Source: Archaeoglobaceae archaeon | Lineage (GTDB): Archaea; Halobacteriota; Archaeoglobi; Archaeoglobales; Archaeoglobaceae | DNA length: 48,136 nt | Direction of reading: 5' to 3' | NCBI GenBank assembly: GCA_038893835.1 | Contig: JAWAQR010000009.1 | Location: forward strand, 1-48,136 | Shown: piece after piece, positions 38,724 through 48,136 of the stretch | How positions within the stretch are numbered: position 1 is the first letter of the stretch | How the letters are laid out: each line of letters opens with the position of its first letter | Notes under the pieces: model-generated | Seen by the model: the letters and a program-made list of their open reading frames with translations, nothing else | The model's database searches: none | What the model was told of the DNA's origin: nothing | Translations under genes and position numbers: made by a program

Positions 38724-39348
38724 AAGAAATTTTCGTATAATTCTGAATTTCGTAGATTTTGAAATAGAAAAAGGAATGACTCTAATCGTTGGACCAAATG
38801 CAAGTGGGAAGAGTACACTTCTTAAAGTTCTAGCCGGGGTTTATAAACCAAAAAGTGGTTCCATTTTTTTAGATTATAGAGAGATAACCCACTTACCTCC
38901 AAGCGAAAGGTTAAAGCTTGGAATCGTGCTCGCTCCTGAAAGAATGAGAATTGCCCTAAATCTAACCGTGGATGAGAATTTGAGTTTTTCAAGAAAAGAG
39001 AGAGCTTATGAGCTATTTCCTGAACTGGAAAAGATTAAAAATAGGAAAGGCAGGGAATTGAGCGGTGGGGAGAGACAAATGGTTGTCCTCGCAAGAGCTT
39101 TGGCTACAGAAGGAAAGTATTTTCTTCTTGATGAACCTTTTCAAGGTCTGCATGAAATTTACAAGCAAAGAATCATAGAAATACTCCAAGAACTTTCGAA
39201 GAAGGCTGCAATAGCAGTTGCGACGCATGATGAAATAGAAGAGCTGCTTGAAATAGCGAATGAAGTCTACATCCTCGTAAGTGGAGAAGTAAAGTTCTCT
39301 GGAAAAAAGGCTGATGGAGAAAAAATCGTCCGTGAAATGTTCCTTTAA
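38686..39348 (+). CDS. ABC ATP-binding protein (LivF-like)
   Basis: GPNASGKS, LSGGERQM and LLDEP. Confidence 0.9.
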   Translation: MVRLLKAKKILFERNFRIILNFVDFEIEKGMTLIVGPNASGKSTLLKVLAGVYKPKSGSIFLDYREITHLPPSERLKLGIVLAPERMRIALNLTVDENLSFSRKERAYELFPELEKIKNRKGRELSGGERQMVVLARALATEGKYFLLDEPFQGLHEIYKQRIIEILQELSKKAAIAVATHDEIEELLEIANEVYILVSGEVKFSGKKADGEKIVREMFL

Positions 39349-39383
39349 TAACAACTTTTTAAACTGAATGAAGAACATTTAAT

Positions 39384-40004
39384 GTGATAAAGTTCATTGG
39401 AGAACCTCTGGAAATTGCTGAGGAGAGAGAAATTGAGCTTATAATCGATGGAAAGGTCCATAAGATCATGTGCACTCCCAAAATGCTAAAAGAACTTGCA
39501 GTCGGTTTTGCAATTTCGGAGGGATTTGCAAATGACGTTGAAGATCTGGAAGTTGAAGTCAAGGATTATGTTGTGACTGTCAGAACTCTTAATCCTGTGA
39601 AAAAAGTTCGGAAAGTTGAAACCAATGCAAAATTCAAAATAGAGGATCTTAGAAAGAGTCTTTCTCTCCTTGAAATAGAGGAATACAAGAAGACTAGAGG
39701 TTATCACGTAGCAGCTGTGATTGCAAACAACGACCCGTTTATAGCCTATGACACAGGGAGGCATAATGCTGTGGATAAGGCAATTGGATTTGCTGCACTA
39801 AAAAAGGTGGATTTCAAAAAGTCTTATCTCCTACTCTCTGGCAGAATTTCTTTAGGAATTGCAATGAAATGCTTTAATGCCGGAATTCCACTCATAGTTT
39901 CAAAAGCTGCCATACTTGATTCTGCAATTGAATTCTGTATGAAAACTGGATTGTCAGCAGTTTCCTTTGCGACAAACATTGCACTCGGCAACGCGATCGA
40001 ATAG
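39384..40004 (+). CDS. fdhD: FdhD/NarQ family protein (short)
   Basis: MCTP, ELAVGF, TRGYH, DTGRHNAVDK and SGRIS. Confidence 0.85.
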   Translation: MIKFIGEPLEIAEEREIELIIDGKVHKIMCTPKMLKELAVGFAISEGFANDVEDLEVEVKDYVVTVRTLNPVKKVRKVETNAKFKIEDLRKSLSLLEIEEYKKTRGYHVAAVIANNDPFIAYDTGRHNAVDKAIGFAALKKVDFKKSYLLLSGRISLGIAMKCFNAGIPLIVSKAAILDSAIEFCMKTGLSAVSFATNIALGNAIE

Positions 40005-40032
40005 TTTTTAAAAAGAATCGTTTAGCAGTTTC

Positions 40033-40938
40033 ATGCTCGTCAAAGTGTATTTTCCTGATGGTCATCTAGAAAAACCCATATGGGATGCACTGCTAAGCGC
40101 TGGTTATAGACTTGGAAAGAGCGAGAGGGGTTATTTGATAGATGTAGATCATCCAAAGCTGATCTTCAAACAGGTTCGTCCACAGATAATGCCCCTTTAC
40201 ATCGAACTTGGAAAGGGAGATGCAGGAATAACTGGAGGAGACATTCTGGAAAACTGGAAACTGAAGTCTGAGTTAAAAAACGTACTAGTTCTCGATTACT
40301 TGCCCCTTCGTCCAACAAAGCTTGTTGCAGCGATATCGGAAGAAGTTTATCCGAACGTAAAGAGCATAGAGGATTTCAAAGCTGAAGTTGGAGGAAAAGT
40401 TGTTTACATAGCATCCGAGTTTCCTGAGATAGCGAAAAAATACGCTGAAAGACATGGATTGAACGCAATCGTTTTCGATCCAATTGGGAAAACTGAAGCA
40501 TCTATTCTCCCTCCATTACCAGAGGCGGATTTAATAATAGAGGTAACGGAATTCGGAACAACGCTTAAGGAGAACAGATGCAGAATAATAGATGTACTAA
40601 TGGATGTTCAGTCAGTTTTTATAGCTAACAGAGCATCTCTTGAGGATAAGGAAAAGAGAGAGGTACTGGAAAACCTAGTGACAGATATAAAAGAAGTTCT
40701 GAACTCCAGAAATCTCGTAAGTCTTTACTTCAACGTTCCGAAAGAGCAGGATTTAAAAAGGATAGTTGAATATCTGACAAACGAGGGTTTCGATCCTACG
40801 ATATCTCCACTTGCAAAGGGAGCGGCTGCAGTGCATATAGTTGTCGACAAGACAAAAGTGAAATTCCTTAAGCCAGTTTTAAGGAGCATGGGGGCAAAAA
40901 GGATTGGCACAAGCCCTGTAATAACCTTCGGCGATTGA
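40033..40938 (+). CDS. hisG: ATP phosphoribosyltransferase, long form, divergent
   Basis: RPQ..P, DAGITGGD and GTTLKEN, plus a C-terminal regulatory domain (PTISPL). Confidence 0.8.
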   Translation: MLVKVYFPDGHLEKPIWDALLSAGYRLGKSERGYLIDVDHPKLIFKQVRPQIMPLYIELGKGDAGITGGDILENWKLKSELKNVLVLDYLPLRPTKLVAAISEEVYPNVKSIEDFKAEVGGKVVYIASEFPEIAKKYAERHGLNAIVFDPIGKTEASILPPLPEADLIIEVTEFGTTLKENRCRIIDVLMDVQSVFIANRASLEDKEKREVLENLVTDIKEVLNSRNLVSLYFNVPKEQDLKRIVEYLTNEGFDPTISPLAKGAAAVHIVVDKTKVKFLKPVLRSMGAKRIGTSPVITFGD

Positions 40939-40990
40939 ATTAAAATGAGTTTTTAAGCAAAAATCTTAACTTCGACCCATATCTTATTCC

Positions 40991-41863
40991 ATGCAAAACG
41001 TCGAAGCCCTACTCGAAGCATTACCCTTTATCAAGGAATTCCATGGCACGACTATGGTTTTCAAAATCGGCGGACATGCGATGGTGAACGATGAAATTTT
41101 GGAGGAGACTGTAAAAGACATAATACTGCTTCAGTACATCGGAATAAAGCCCATCGTCGTCCATGGCGGTGGACCCGAGATATCTGAGAAAATGGAAAAA
41201 CTCGGCTTAAAGCCAAGATTTGTTGAAGGATTAAGAGTGACAGATAGAGAAACAATGGAAGTTGTAGAGATGGTTCTGGATGGAAAGATAAACTCGAAGA
41301 TAGTTGCTATGTTCATAAAAAATGGAGGAAAGGCTGTGGGTTTAAGTGGGAAGGATGGACTGCTGATAGTGGCTGAAAAAAAGCTGATGAAAATGAAAAA
41401 GGGGTTAGAAGAAGTGATAATTGATCTAGGCTTTGTTGGAGAGGCGAAGTTAGTTAATCCGACAATACTAAGAATTCTACTGGAAAATGGGTTCATTCCA
41501 GTAATTTCTCCAGTTTCAGCAGACTTAAACGGGAACTTATACAATCTAAATGCGGACAGCGTCGCTGGAGATATTGCAAGTGCTTTAAAGGCAAAGAAGC
41601 TTGTAATTCTTACCGATGTCCCTGGGATTTTAAGAGATGTGAAGGACAAAAACTCGCTGATTTCTAGGATAAAGCTCTCCGAACTTAGGCAGCTCTATGA
41701 GATGGGTGTTTTAAAAGGAGGAATGCTGCCAAAATTCGAGGCAATTGCCAAAGCCCTAGAAGGAGGGGTTGAGAAAGTTCATATAATTGACGGTTCAAGA
41801 AAACATGCAATTCTTCTAGAATTGTTCACTAGAGAGGGAATTGGGACAATGGTGGAGCTATGA
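40991..41863 (+). CDS. argB: Acetylglutamate kinase
   Basis: EALPFI, KIGG, VHGGGP, GLRVTD, NLNAD and GGMLPK. Confidence 0.95.
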   Translation: MQNVEALLEALPFIKEFHGTTMVFKIGGHAMVNDEILEETVKDIILLQYIGIKPIVVHGGGPEISEKMEKLGLKPRFVEGLRVTDRETMEVVEMVLDGKINSKIVAMFIKNGGKAVGLSGKDGLLIVAEKKLMKMKKGLEEVIIDLGFVGEAKLVNPTILRILLENGFIPVISPVSADLNGNLYNLNADSVAGDIASALKAKKLVILTDVPGILRDVKDKNSLISRIKLSELRQLYEMGVLKGGMLPKFEAIAKALEGGVEKVHIIDGSRKHAILLELFTREGIGTMVEL

Positions 41864-42651
41864 AAATTGGAACTCAACCAGACGTTCGTCATAATTTGAG
41901 GGAGGCTTTCGAATTCGTTGTGGACAACGACTTCAACCACATAGAACTGCTGATGGACCACCCTTTCTTTTGTCTTGAGTCCATAAACCATGATGAACTA
42001 ATAGAGCTCGTTTGGAGTTACGACGTTGAACTTCTCCTCCACGCTCCTGCAACTAGTACAAACTTCATCTCGATCAGCGAAACTATGAGGAGAGCAAGCT
42101 ATGAGGAAATGGAGAAAGTTTTACGCTTGGCAGATAAGTGCTGTGCTAGGGTTGTAACCTTCCACATAGGCTGGAACCCGAGTTTTGTGAACAATGGAAG
42201 TTTTTACTTTGATCGTGAAACTTTTGAAAAGCACAATGCAAGGGTTTTGAGGGAAGAGCTAAAGCCCTTTCTGCAGCATAGCCCAGTTACGTTGGCATTG
42301 GAAAATACGATACCTATAGAAGGGGAATTCAAAGCAGCTTTAAAGGAGATTCTCGATGAAACGAACCTCGCACTAACTTTAGACATAGGACATTACAACG
42401 TCAGCAGATGCGATTTCTTCATCGAAAACTTCGAAAGAGTTGTTAACATCCACGTTCACGACAACAATGGGAAAAGAGATGAGCACATAGCGCTTGGAAA
42501 GGGGATTGTGGATTTGAAAAAATTCCCACTTGAAAAGTTCGATGGTTATTTAACCATTGAAACCCGTGAAGTGAATTCAATACTTGAGACGAGAGATTAT
42601 TTAATCCGTTACCTAAACGAACTCTATGATCGCCAAAGAAATAGAGTTTGA
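41860..42651 (+). CDS. Xylose isomerase-like TIM-barrel (sugar phosphate isomerase/epimerase family) protein
   Basis: LHAP, FHIG, LEN, LDIGH, HVHDN..DEH and TIE. Confidence 0.85.
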   Translation: MKIGTQPDVRHNLREAFEFVVDNDFNHIELLMDHPFFCLESINHDELIELVWSYDVELLLHAPATSTNFISISETMRRASYEEMEKVLRLADKCCARVVTFHIGWNPSFVNNGSFYFDRETFEKHNARVLREELKPFLQHSPVTLALENTIPIEGEFKAALKEILDETNLALTLDIGHYNVSRCDFFIENFERVVNIHVHDNNGKRDEHIALGKGIVDLKKFPLEKFDGYLTIETREVNSILETRDYLIRYLNELYDRQRNRV

Positions 42652-43849
42652 AGGTCACCTAATTGATTCCATGATACTTCCCAAGGTTCTCGATTTAATC
42701 CTAGACCTTGACGGAGAATTTGAAATAGTGGAATTCAGAATAGGAAAAAGAAAGGAGGATTACAGCTATGCGAGAATGATAGTCTTCGGTGAAAATGAAG
42801 ATCACCTGAACTTGATTCTAAAGGAGCTACATAAGATGGGAGCAAGAATTCCGGAAGCTGAAGAAGTCGAACTTCTTCCAGCTCCAGCTGATAAAGTTCT
42901 GCCAGATAATTTCTACGTCACAACAAATCACAGAACCTTTGTCCATTACAGAGGGAAATGGATAGAAGTAGAAGGAATTGCGATGGACAGAGTAATAGTG
43001 CTAAGAGATGATAAGGCGATTTGTTTGTCGATAAATGAGGTTAAGAAAGGAGATCTCGTCGTCGTTGGGGAAAAAGGGGTAAGAATTATTCCGCCCGAAA
43101 GGCCGAGAAAGTCCACTTATTTCGAGTTTATGGGAGGGAAAGTCTCTTCTGAGAGACCAACGGAGAAAATGATAGAAATGATTGCAAGAGAAATTTTTGA
43201 AATTAAAAAATCAGGCGGGAAAATAGCTGTAGTTGCCGGGCCTGCTGTGAATCATACTGCCGCTAGAGATGCTTTAGCGGGAATGATAAGAGATGGCTTC
43301 GTAGATTTGCTACTCTCAGGTAATGCTTTAGCTGTGCATGACATAGAAATTTCTCTTTTTGGAACATCACTGGGGATGGATATAAAAACTGGAAAGCCTG
43401 TACCTGGTGGTAATAGGCATCATCTTTATACCATTAGCAAGATAATTGCTGCAGGTGGGATAAGAAGGGCTGTTGAGAAGGGGATAGTGAAGGATGGAAT
43501 AATGTTTGAGTGTGTTCGAAAAGGGATTCCATTCATTCTTGCAGGCTCAATAAGGGATGATGGACCTCTGCCTGAAGTAATAACAGATGTGATGGTTGCA
43601 AAGGCTGAGATGAAGAGAGCTCTCGAAGGTATAGACATGGTTTTGATGCTAGCAACAGCTCTTCATAGCATCGCAGTTGGAAATTTACTCCCTTCTTGGG
43701 TAAAGACGATTTGCGTAGATACAAATCCTGCAACTGTAATGAAGCTTATGGATCGCGGAACACATCAGGCAATCGGAGTGGTCACGGATGTTGGTCTCTT
43801 TTTGCCAGTTTTGTATGAAAAGCTGAAAAAGCTTTCAGAAACTAGTTAG
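42626..43849 (+). CDS. TIGR00300 family protein (ornithine cyclodeaminase-like, homologous to the AgrE/ArgZ C-terminal part)
   Basis: EGHLIDS, FEFM...SSERP, GNALAVHDIE, LAGSIRDDGPLP and KLMDRG. Confidence 0.88.
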   Translation: MIAKEIEFEGHLIDSMILPKVLDLILDLDGEFEIVEFRIGKRKEDYSYARMIVFGENEDHLNLILKELHKMGARIPEAEEVELLPAPADKVLPDNFYVTTNHRTFVHYRGKWIEVEGIAMDRVIVLRDDKAICLSINEVKKGDLVVVGEKGVRIIPPERPRKSTYFEFMGGKVSSERPTEKMIEMIAREIFEIKKSGGKIAVVAGPAVNHTAARDALAGMIRDGFVDLLLSGNALAVHDIEISLFGTSLGMDIKTGKPVPGGNRHHLYTISKIIAAGGIRRAVEKGIVKDGIMFECVRKGIPFILAGSIRDDGPLPEVITDVMVAKAEMKRALEGIDMVLMLATALHSIAVGNLLPSWVKTICVDTNPATVMKLMDRGTHQAIGVVTDVGLFLPVLYEKLKKLSETS

Positions 43850-43899
43850 GCTGGAACCTTACATTTTAGTCAATTTTATATATATGGCAAATCAATTTG

Positions 43900-44433
43900 A
43901 GTTAAAAAGATTCACCACTTTGGTTATGTAGTCTTGGTATATCTACCCTTTCACAGCTACAAATTATTTCAGCTCCATCCTTACCATGATATAAGCGTAA
44001 TCGTAATCTTTCCATGGATTTTTCCTATGTTTAAATCATCGATCTCCGAAAAATACCTATTATACCTAGCAGTTGTATTTAGCAAAATTCTTTGAATAAT
44101 ACGCACTTGAATACTTTGAAAAAACTGCCCCAGCTTCTATTGAGATGAGCCAGTCTCTATACCCAACCTAAGCCCTCCCCGCTGTTGTGTTCAGGATACT
44201 TTGCCGATGAAGTTGTAAAAGGCGAAGTAAACCATGTCGTTTGTCACAGTTACTGAAGGTTCGGAAATTGGAATGACTTCGCCATGAACTTTTTCGAAAA
44301 ATTGAGCTTTCCTTTATCAAAGCCTCAACATGAAAAGCCCTTCATTCACTTTCCTCAAATCCACGATTCTCGCGGATGCTGGAAATGTGCTCGAACTTAG
44401 GAACGAAACTTTCAAGATCATATTTTTAATCAT
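43900..44433 (-). pseudogene. Probable decayed gene remnant downstream of tRNA-Gly
   Basis: Short ORF 44421-44317 (MILKVSF...) behind a TTTATATA box. Stop-broken protein-like pieces follow (EKVHGEVIPISEPSVTVTNDMVYF; DWLISIEAGAVFSKYSSAYY; NPWKDYDYAYIMV). Confidence 0.35.
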
Positions 44434-44528
44434 AAATATATAAATTTGTTTCTTTTGATTCACCATCCAAAGAATTATCTTGCTGCTATAAAGTGCAAAC
44501 TTTGTCTTCTATTTAATTTTATCAAAAA

Positions 44529-44599
44529 TGCGCAGGCCGGGATTTGAACCCGGGCTAACGGCCTGGAAAGCCGTTGTCCTACCACTAGACTACCTGCGC
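44529..44599 (-). tRNA. tRNA-Gly(TCC)
   Basis: Reverse complement GCGCAGG...AACGGC-TT-TCC-AG-GCCGTT...GGTTCAAATCC..CCTGCGC-A. BRE/TATA CGAAAAAAA-TTTAAG ~25 nt upstream. Confidence 0.97.
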
Positions 44600-44670
44600 T
44601 TATAAGCAATAATACTTATAGCTTAAATTTTTTTCGACTCCTAACAACTATTAATTTACAAAATTTTTAT

Positions 44671-45486
44671 TTAAATTTTTAATCTTTTTAATATGCTGCT
44701 CAAAATCGAGAGAGAATATTCTCTAACTTCAAGCTCCCCAATTATCTCTATATCTTCAACTTTCAAACCAAAGGTCTCCATAGCAAGCCTTATGTGCTCA
44801 ACTTCCAGTGGATCTATGTTCATCAGCAAAGTAGCTACGAAATCGCTGGCGATGACTTCATCACTTGCAACGATGACACCATGCCTAACAGGTTTTGGGA
44901 ACATTTCCGAAAGATTTCCTGCAATTATCCCATCGACAATCGTCAATTTCGGCTTGATAAAGCATAGAAGGTCAACAAGCTTTTGACCTATCTTCCTATG
45001 CATATAAATCGCGGGCTTTTTCAGAAAACCCATGTTGTTCTTTATTCCAAGAGTGACTCTGGTCAAATGATGCACTTTCATCTTCGGAACACTTATAAAA
45101 CCATTTCTAGCCTTAATCGCAGTCTTTGCAATTTCAACCGATTTCAGAGCTCTTCCATTTATTTCAACTTCAACAAATTCATCATCGTTTAAATTCACAC
45201 ATCTCGCAATTTCTTTCAGCCCAAAGGCTCTAAAACATTCTTCAGCCGAATTTCTAAAGAAACCACCTTCCACGATTGTCAATTCCTTTCCATACTCCTT
45301 CGCCAGACACACAATCTCTTTCAGGAGATCTGGATGTGTGATACATCCATTCTCCGGATTATCGAATTTTAAAAAATTCGGTTTCAAAAAATCACATTTT
45401 TCAATATCGAAAACGTCAAAAATCTTCTCCAAAGATTTTCTAACCTTCCTATAACTCTCGACCTTTTCAACCAAGACTTTTGGCAT
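44671..45486 (-). CDS. DUF362 domain protein
   Basis: LKPN, THP, VPKMKVH and TLGIKNNMG. Confidence 0.85.
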   Translation of the reverse strand: MPKVLVEKVESYRKVRKSLEKIFDVFDIEKCDFLKPNFLKFDNPENGCITHPDLLKEIVCLAKEYGKELTIVEGGFFRNSAEECFRAFGLKEIARCVNLNDDEFVEVEINGRALKSVEIAKTAIKARNGFISVPKMKVHHLTRVTLGIKNNMGFLKKPAIYMHRKIGQKLVDLLCFIKPKLTIVDGIIAGNLSEMFPKPVRHGVIVASDEVIASDFVATLLMNIDPLEVEHIRLAMETFGLKVEDIEIIGELEVREYSLSILSSILKRLKI

Positions 45487-45487
45487 A

Positions 45488-46027
45488 TCATTTGCTCGCA
45501 TTTAAACGCATCAAATCATGCTTCGTTATTATCCCCAAAATTTTTCCCTTTTCAACAACTATTACAGCAGAATTTTCGAGCAAAAGTTTTGAAATTTCAG
45601 AAATTTCTGTTTTCGGACTTATTTCCGGAAAAGGAGGTTCAATTACATCTTTAACCAGTAAATCTCTTTTTCCCTCGTAAAAAGCTCTGAATACACCTCT
45701 TTCTGATACGCTTCCAACTATGTTCCCTTTATCAACAACTGGCATCTGCGATATCCCCTTCTCTATCATTATCCTAGCAACTTTCGAAATCGGATCATCA
45801 ACCTTTGCAACCAGAACAGGAGAGTTCATAACGTCTTCAGCCCTCTTTTTGCTCTCCATTTCTTCAAACACTCTCATTATTTTCTTTATAAGCGACAACT
45901 TTGGATCAAGAACTCCAGATTCGAGTTTTGCGATCAAAGATTGGCTAACTCCAACCTTCTCTGCAAGTTCCTTTTGGGTCATCCTGAGCTTCTTTCTTCT
46001 TTCCCTGATCTCTTCGGGTTCGATCAT
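45488..46027 (-). CDS. XRE-HTH + CBS transcriptional regulator
   Basis: MTQKELAEKVGVSQSLIAKLESG plus two CBS domains. Confidence 0.92.
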   Translation of the reverse strand: MIEPEEIRERRKKLRMTQKELAEKVGVSQSLIAKLESGVLDPKLSLIKKIMRVFEEMESKKRAEDVMNSPVLVAKVDDPISKVARIMIEKGISQMPVVDKGNIVGSVSERGVFRAFYEGKRDLLVKDVIEPPFPEISPKTEISEISKLLLENSAVIVVEKGKILGIITKHDLMRLNASK

Positions 46028-46028
46028 A

Positions 46029-46337
46029 TCAGTTGTATTCTCTCCAAGTCTTACCACATTTCGTGCATCTGAAAAATCTAACTTCACTCTCATCAGCCGC
46101 TCTAAGCTGTCTCATCCACCAGTAAGCTTCTGTATTTCCACACGCTGGACAAATCGCCTTCGTAGTTGGCAGAGTTTGTACTCTTTCTCCTTCTATTACC
46201 GGAATTTCATCCCTGTTTACCTCCGATTTTATAACAATCTTCTCATTTTTTGCTTCCTTCTCATATCCACATTTTCTGCAAACAGCTTTGTTTCCAGAAT
46301 AACGCATAAGGCTTTTACACTTTGGACAGAATTCCAC
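46029..46337 (-). CDS. tfs: Transcription factor S
   Basis: FCPKC..CRKC and CPAC..QLRAADE..FFRCTKC..WRE. GTG start. Confidence 0.95.
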   Translation of the reverse strand: MEFCPKCKSLMRYSGNKAVCRKCGYEKEAKNEKIVIKSEVNRDEIPVIEGERVQTLPTTKAICPACGNTEAYWWMRQLRAADESEVRFFRCTKCGKTWREYN

Positions 46338-46728
46338 GCAGTTTCACCTCCGCATCTTTGATCATCTTTTCATGATCAAAAGCCAGCTTTGGTAAGTTAT
46401 CTAATTCAAAAAGAGCAACTTCCCTTGCATCGCTGCCACTTTTCAGCTCACCCGCAATTGGAAGAACAATAAAGCAGATTGAGACAAAATGTCCTCTTGG
46501 ATCCCTATTTGGATCTGAATAAACTCCGACTAGACTGTGGATTTTTCCCCTCAATCCTGTCTCCTCCTCAACCTCTCTAAGAACCGCACTTTCCACTGTT
46601 TCCCCATATTCAACAATTCCTCCTGGCAATGCGTAAAAGTCCTTAAACGGCTCATTCTTTCTCTTCACAAGCACGATTTTCCCCTCATAGGGAATTATTG
46701 CATCGACTGTGAGCGTTATTTTCTTCAT
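46315..46728 (-). CDS. NUDIX hydrolase (ADP-ribose pyrophosphatase-like)
   Basis: Nudix box GGIVEYGETVESAVLREVEEETGL, RDPR and LAFDH. Confidence 0.92.
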   Translation of the reverse strand: MKKITLTVDAIIPYEGKIVLVKRKNEPFKDFYALPGGIVEYGETVESAVLREVEEETGLRGKIHSLVGVYSDPNRDPRGHFVSICFIVLPIAGELKSGSDAREVALFELDNLPKLAFDHEKMIKDAEVKLRGILSKV

Positions 46729-47351
46729 AAATCTAGAACCTTTGCTCGCCACAAATACTTTTTTAACTTTTCCAGACACCATTCAATCTTCCCCACTCTA
46801 TCCAATCTATGCGCATCACTACCTATTGAAATTGTCAGCTTTCTTTCCCTGCATTTTTCCAGAAAGTCATCCGGAGGACTTTTGTGATGAGAATTCAACT
46901 CAAGAGCGACTCCAAGTTCTTCTATTCTGTCCAAGAATATTTCTTCGAGTTTCTCATCTCTCGAATACTCAAACATGCTTGACAATGGATGTCCTATAGC
47001 ATCGATTTCATTGTTTTCAATACATTTAATAATTCTACTAAAATAATTATATGCATTCTCATGAACAGAAGCTATAACAAAGTCAAAGTCGAATTCGGGG
47101 AGAAAAATTTCTCCAAAACAATTTATCCCGCACTCTATTCCGCTTAAAATCTTTATTCCATAAATTTCCATTGCCAACTCTATTTCCTGCTCCCTATTCT
47201 TTGCTTTTTTCTCATCAAGCCCGAAGTTCAGCTCTATTGAATGATCAACTATTGCAATCTTCTTAATTCCCCTCTCCTTTGCTTTTTTAGCTATCTGTAA
47301 AACGCTGGCATTTCCATCTGAATAATTTGAGTGTATGTGTAAATCTAGCAT
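46725..47351 (-). CDS. PHP-domain phosphoesterase
   Basis: DLHIHS..SDG, DHS, GIE, GHP and GSDAH. Confidence 0.9.
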   Translation of the reverse strand: MLDLHIHSNYSDGNASVLQIAKKAKERGIKKIAIVDHSIELNFGLDEKKAKNREQEIELAMEIYGIKILSGIECGINCFGEIFLPEFDFDFVIASVHENAYNYFSRIIKCIENNEIDAIGHPLSSMFEYSRDEKLEEIFLDRIEELGVALELNSHHKSPPDDFLEKCRERKLTISIGSDAHRLDRVGKIEWCLEKLKKYLWRAKVLDL

Positions 47352-48136
47352 CAGATTTTCTCCTTTCTCAAATCTATTATATGTTTAACATCAGGGCCCG
47401 TTGAGATGAGTGTGACTGGAACTCTTATCTCAGCTTCAACATCTTCGATGAACCTCTTCGCCTTCGCCGTCAGCTTTCCCCATTCAGTAGCACCATAGCA
47501 TTCCTTGTCTAACTTGTCTATTCCTGTTATCGCAATCTGAGTCGCTCCGTTAACCATTGCAGAATACTTTGCAAGCTTTCCATCCCAGTATCCAACTCTC
47601 CTCCTTCTTCCAGTTACGGTTCCATATTCAACGATTCCAAGTCTTTCAGCTTCTTCAACCGGCATTTCTGTTGGAAATGGTCCTGCACCAACCCTTGTTG
47701 GAAAACACTTAAAGACAACTATCACATCGTCAATTTTCGTTGGTCCTACACCTACATCCGATGCTATTGCGGAAGCCGTTGTATCTTTTGAAGTAACATA
47801 TGGATAAGTTCCATAGTAAAGACTCAACCCAAAGCCCTGCGACCCCTCGATTAACACAAAATCTCCAGAATCTATGGCTTCATTTATCTCGAGAGGGACA
47901 TCCGTAAGGAAATCCTTTAACTCCGGCACATCTTTTGCCTGCTTTGCAACTCTACAAACTCTGTCCACATTTGCTGGACCGCAGCCAGTTCCAGTAGTTC
48001 CAATTTTTTTCAGATGCTCCTGAGTTCTGTCCATCTCGCAGTGCTTTGGCTCGATTATTGCACATCTATAATCCACTCTAGCCCTATCCGCAACTTTTAA
48101 AAGTTCCACTTCTTTTAGAAAAATTTCCGGATTTAC
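47351..48136 (-). CDS. purA: Adenylosuccinate synthetase (short archaeal form), 5'-truncated by the window edge
   Basis: [21 protein letters not shown] and [11 protein letters not shown]. Confidence 0.96.
   Translation of the reverse strand, partial: VNPEIFLKEVELLKVADRARVDYRCAIIEPKHCEMDRTQEHLKKIGTTGTGCGPANVDRVCRVAKQAKDVPELKDFLTDVPLEINEAIDSGDFVLIEGSQGFGLSLYYGTYPYVTSKDTTASAIASDVGVGPTKIDDVIVVFKCFPTRVGAGPFPTEMPVEEAERLGIVEYGTVTGRRRRVGYWDGKLAKYSAMVNGATQIAITGIDKLDKECYGATEWGKLTAKAKRFIEDVEAEIRVPVTLISTGPDVKHIIDLRKEKI

Noticed and set aside
1-48136. CRISPR array, transposase, integrase or att-site duplication of tRNA 3' ends
   Set aside because: No regularly spaced repeats or recombinase motifs, and no second copy of either tRNA 3' end was seen by eye.

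Overview
Gene-dense, low-GC archaeal chromosomal segment whose gene content and protein sequences point to Archaeoglobales (class II HMG-CoA reductase, homodimeric tRNA-splicing endonuclease, S6e, TFS). It holds about 47 CDS, tRNA-Ser(GCT) and tRNA-Gly(TCC). The left part (1-13.8 kb) is housekeeping with several RNA-processing genes: Rnl3-type RNA ligase, TatD, EndA, YjjX and a motif-altered Tpt1/KptA. The centre (14.4-39.3 kb) is a ~25 kb carboxylic-acid/acyl-CoA catabolic cluster with three parts. (i) A cNMP-CBS-nucleotidyltransferase (DUF294) plus DEDDh nuclease pair sits divergent from a small membrane protein, an ActP-like symporter, a PrpE-like acyl-CoA ligase and DUF169. (ii) A methylmalonyl-CoA operon includes an unannotated 42-aa carboxylase small subunit and a 4-hydroxybutyryl-CoA dehydratase homologue. 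(iii) Two thiolase-fold proteins lacking canonical catalytic residues and two DUF35 proteins are followed by ACAD, ECH and an ABC importer. The right part has FdhD, HisG, ArgB, an ornithine cyclodeaminase-like gene and the purA-PHP-NUDIX-TFS operon. Decayed coding remnants lie 3' of both tRNAs. No CRISPR array, integrase or transposase was seen. All calls come from motif recognition by eye; no searches were run.
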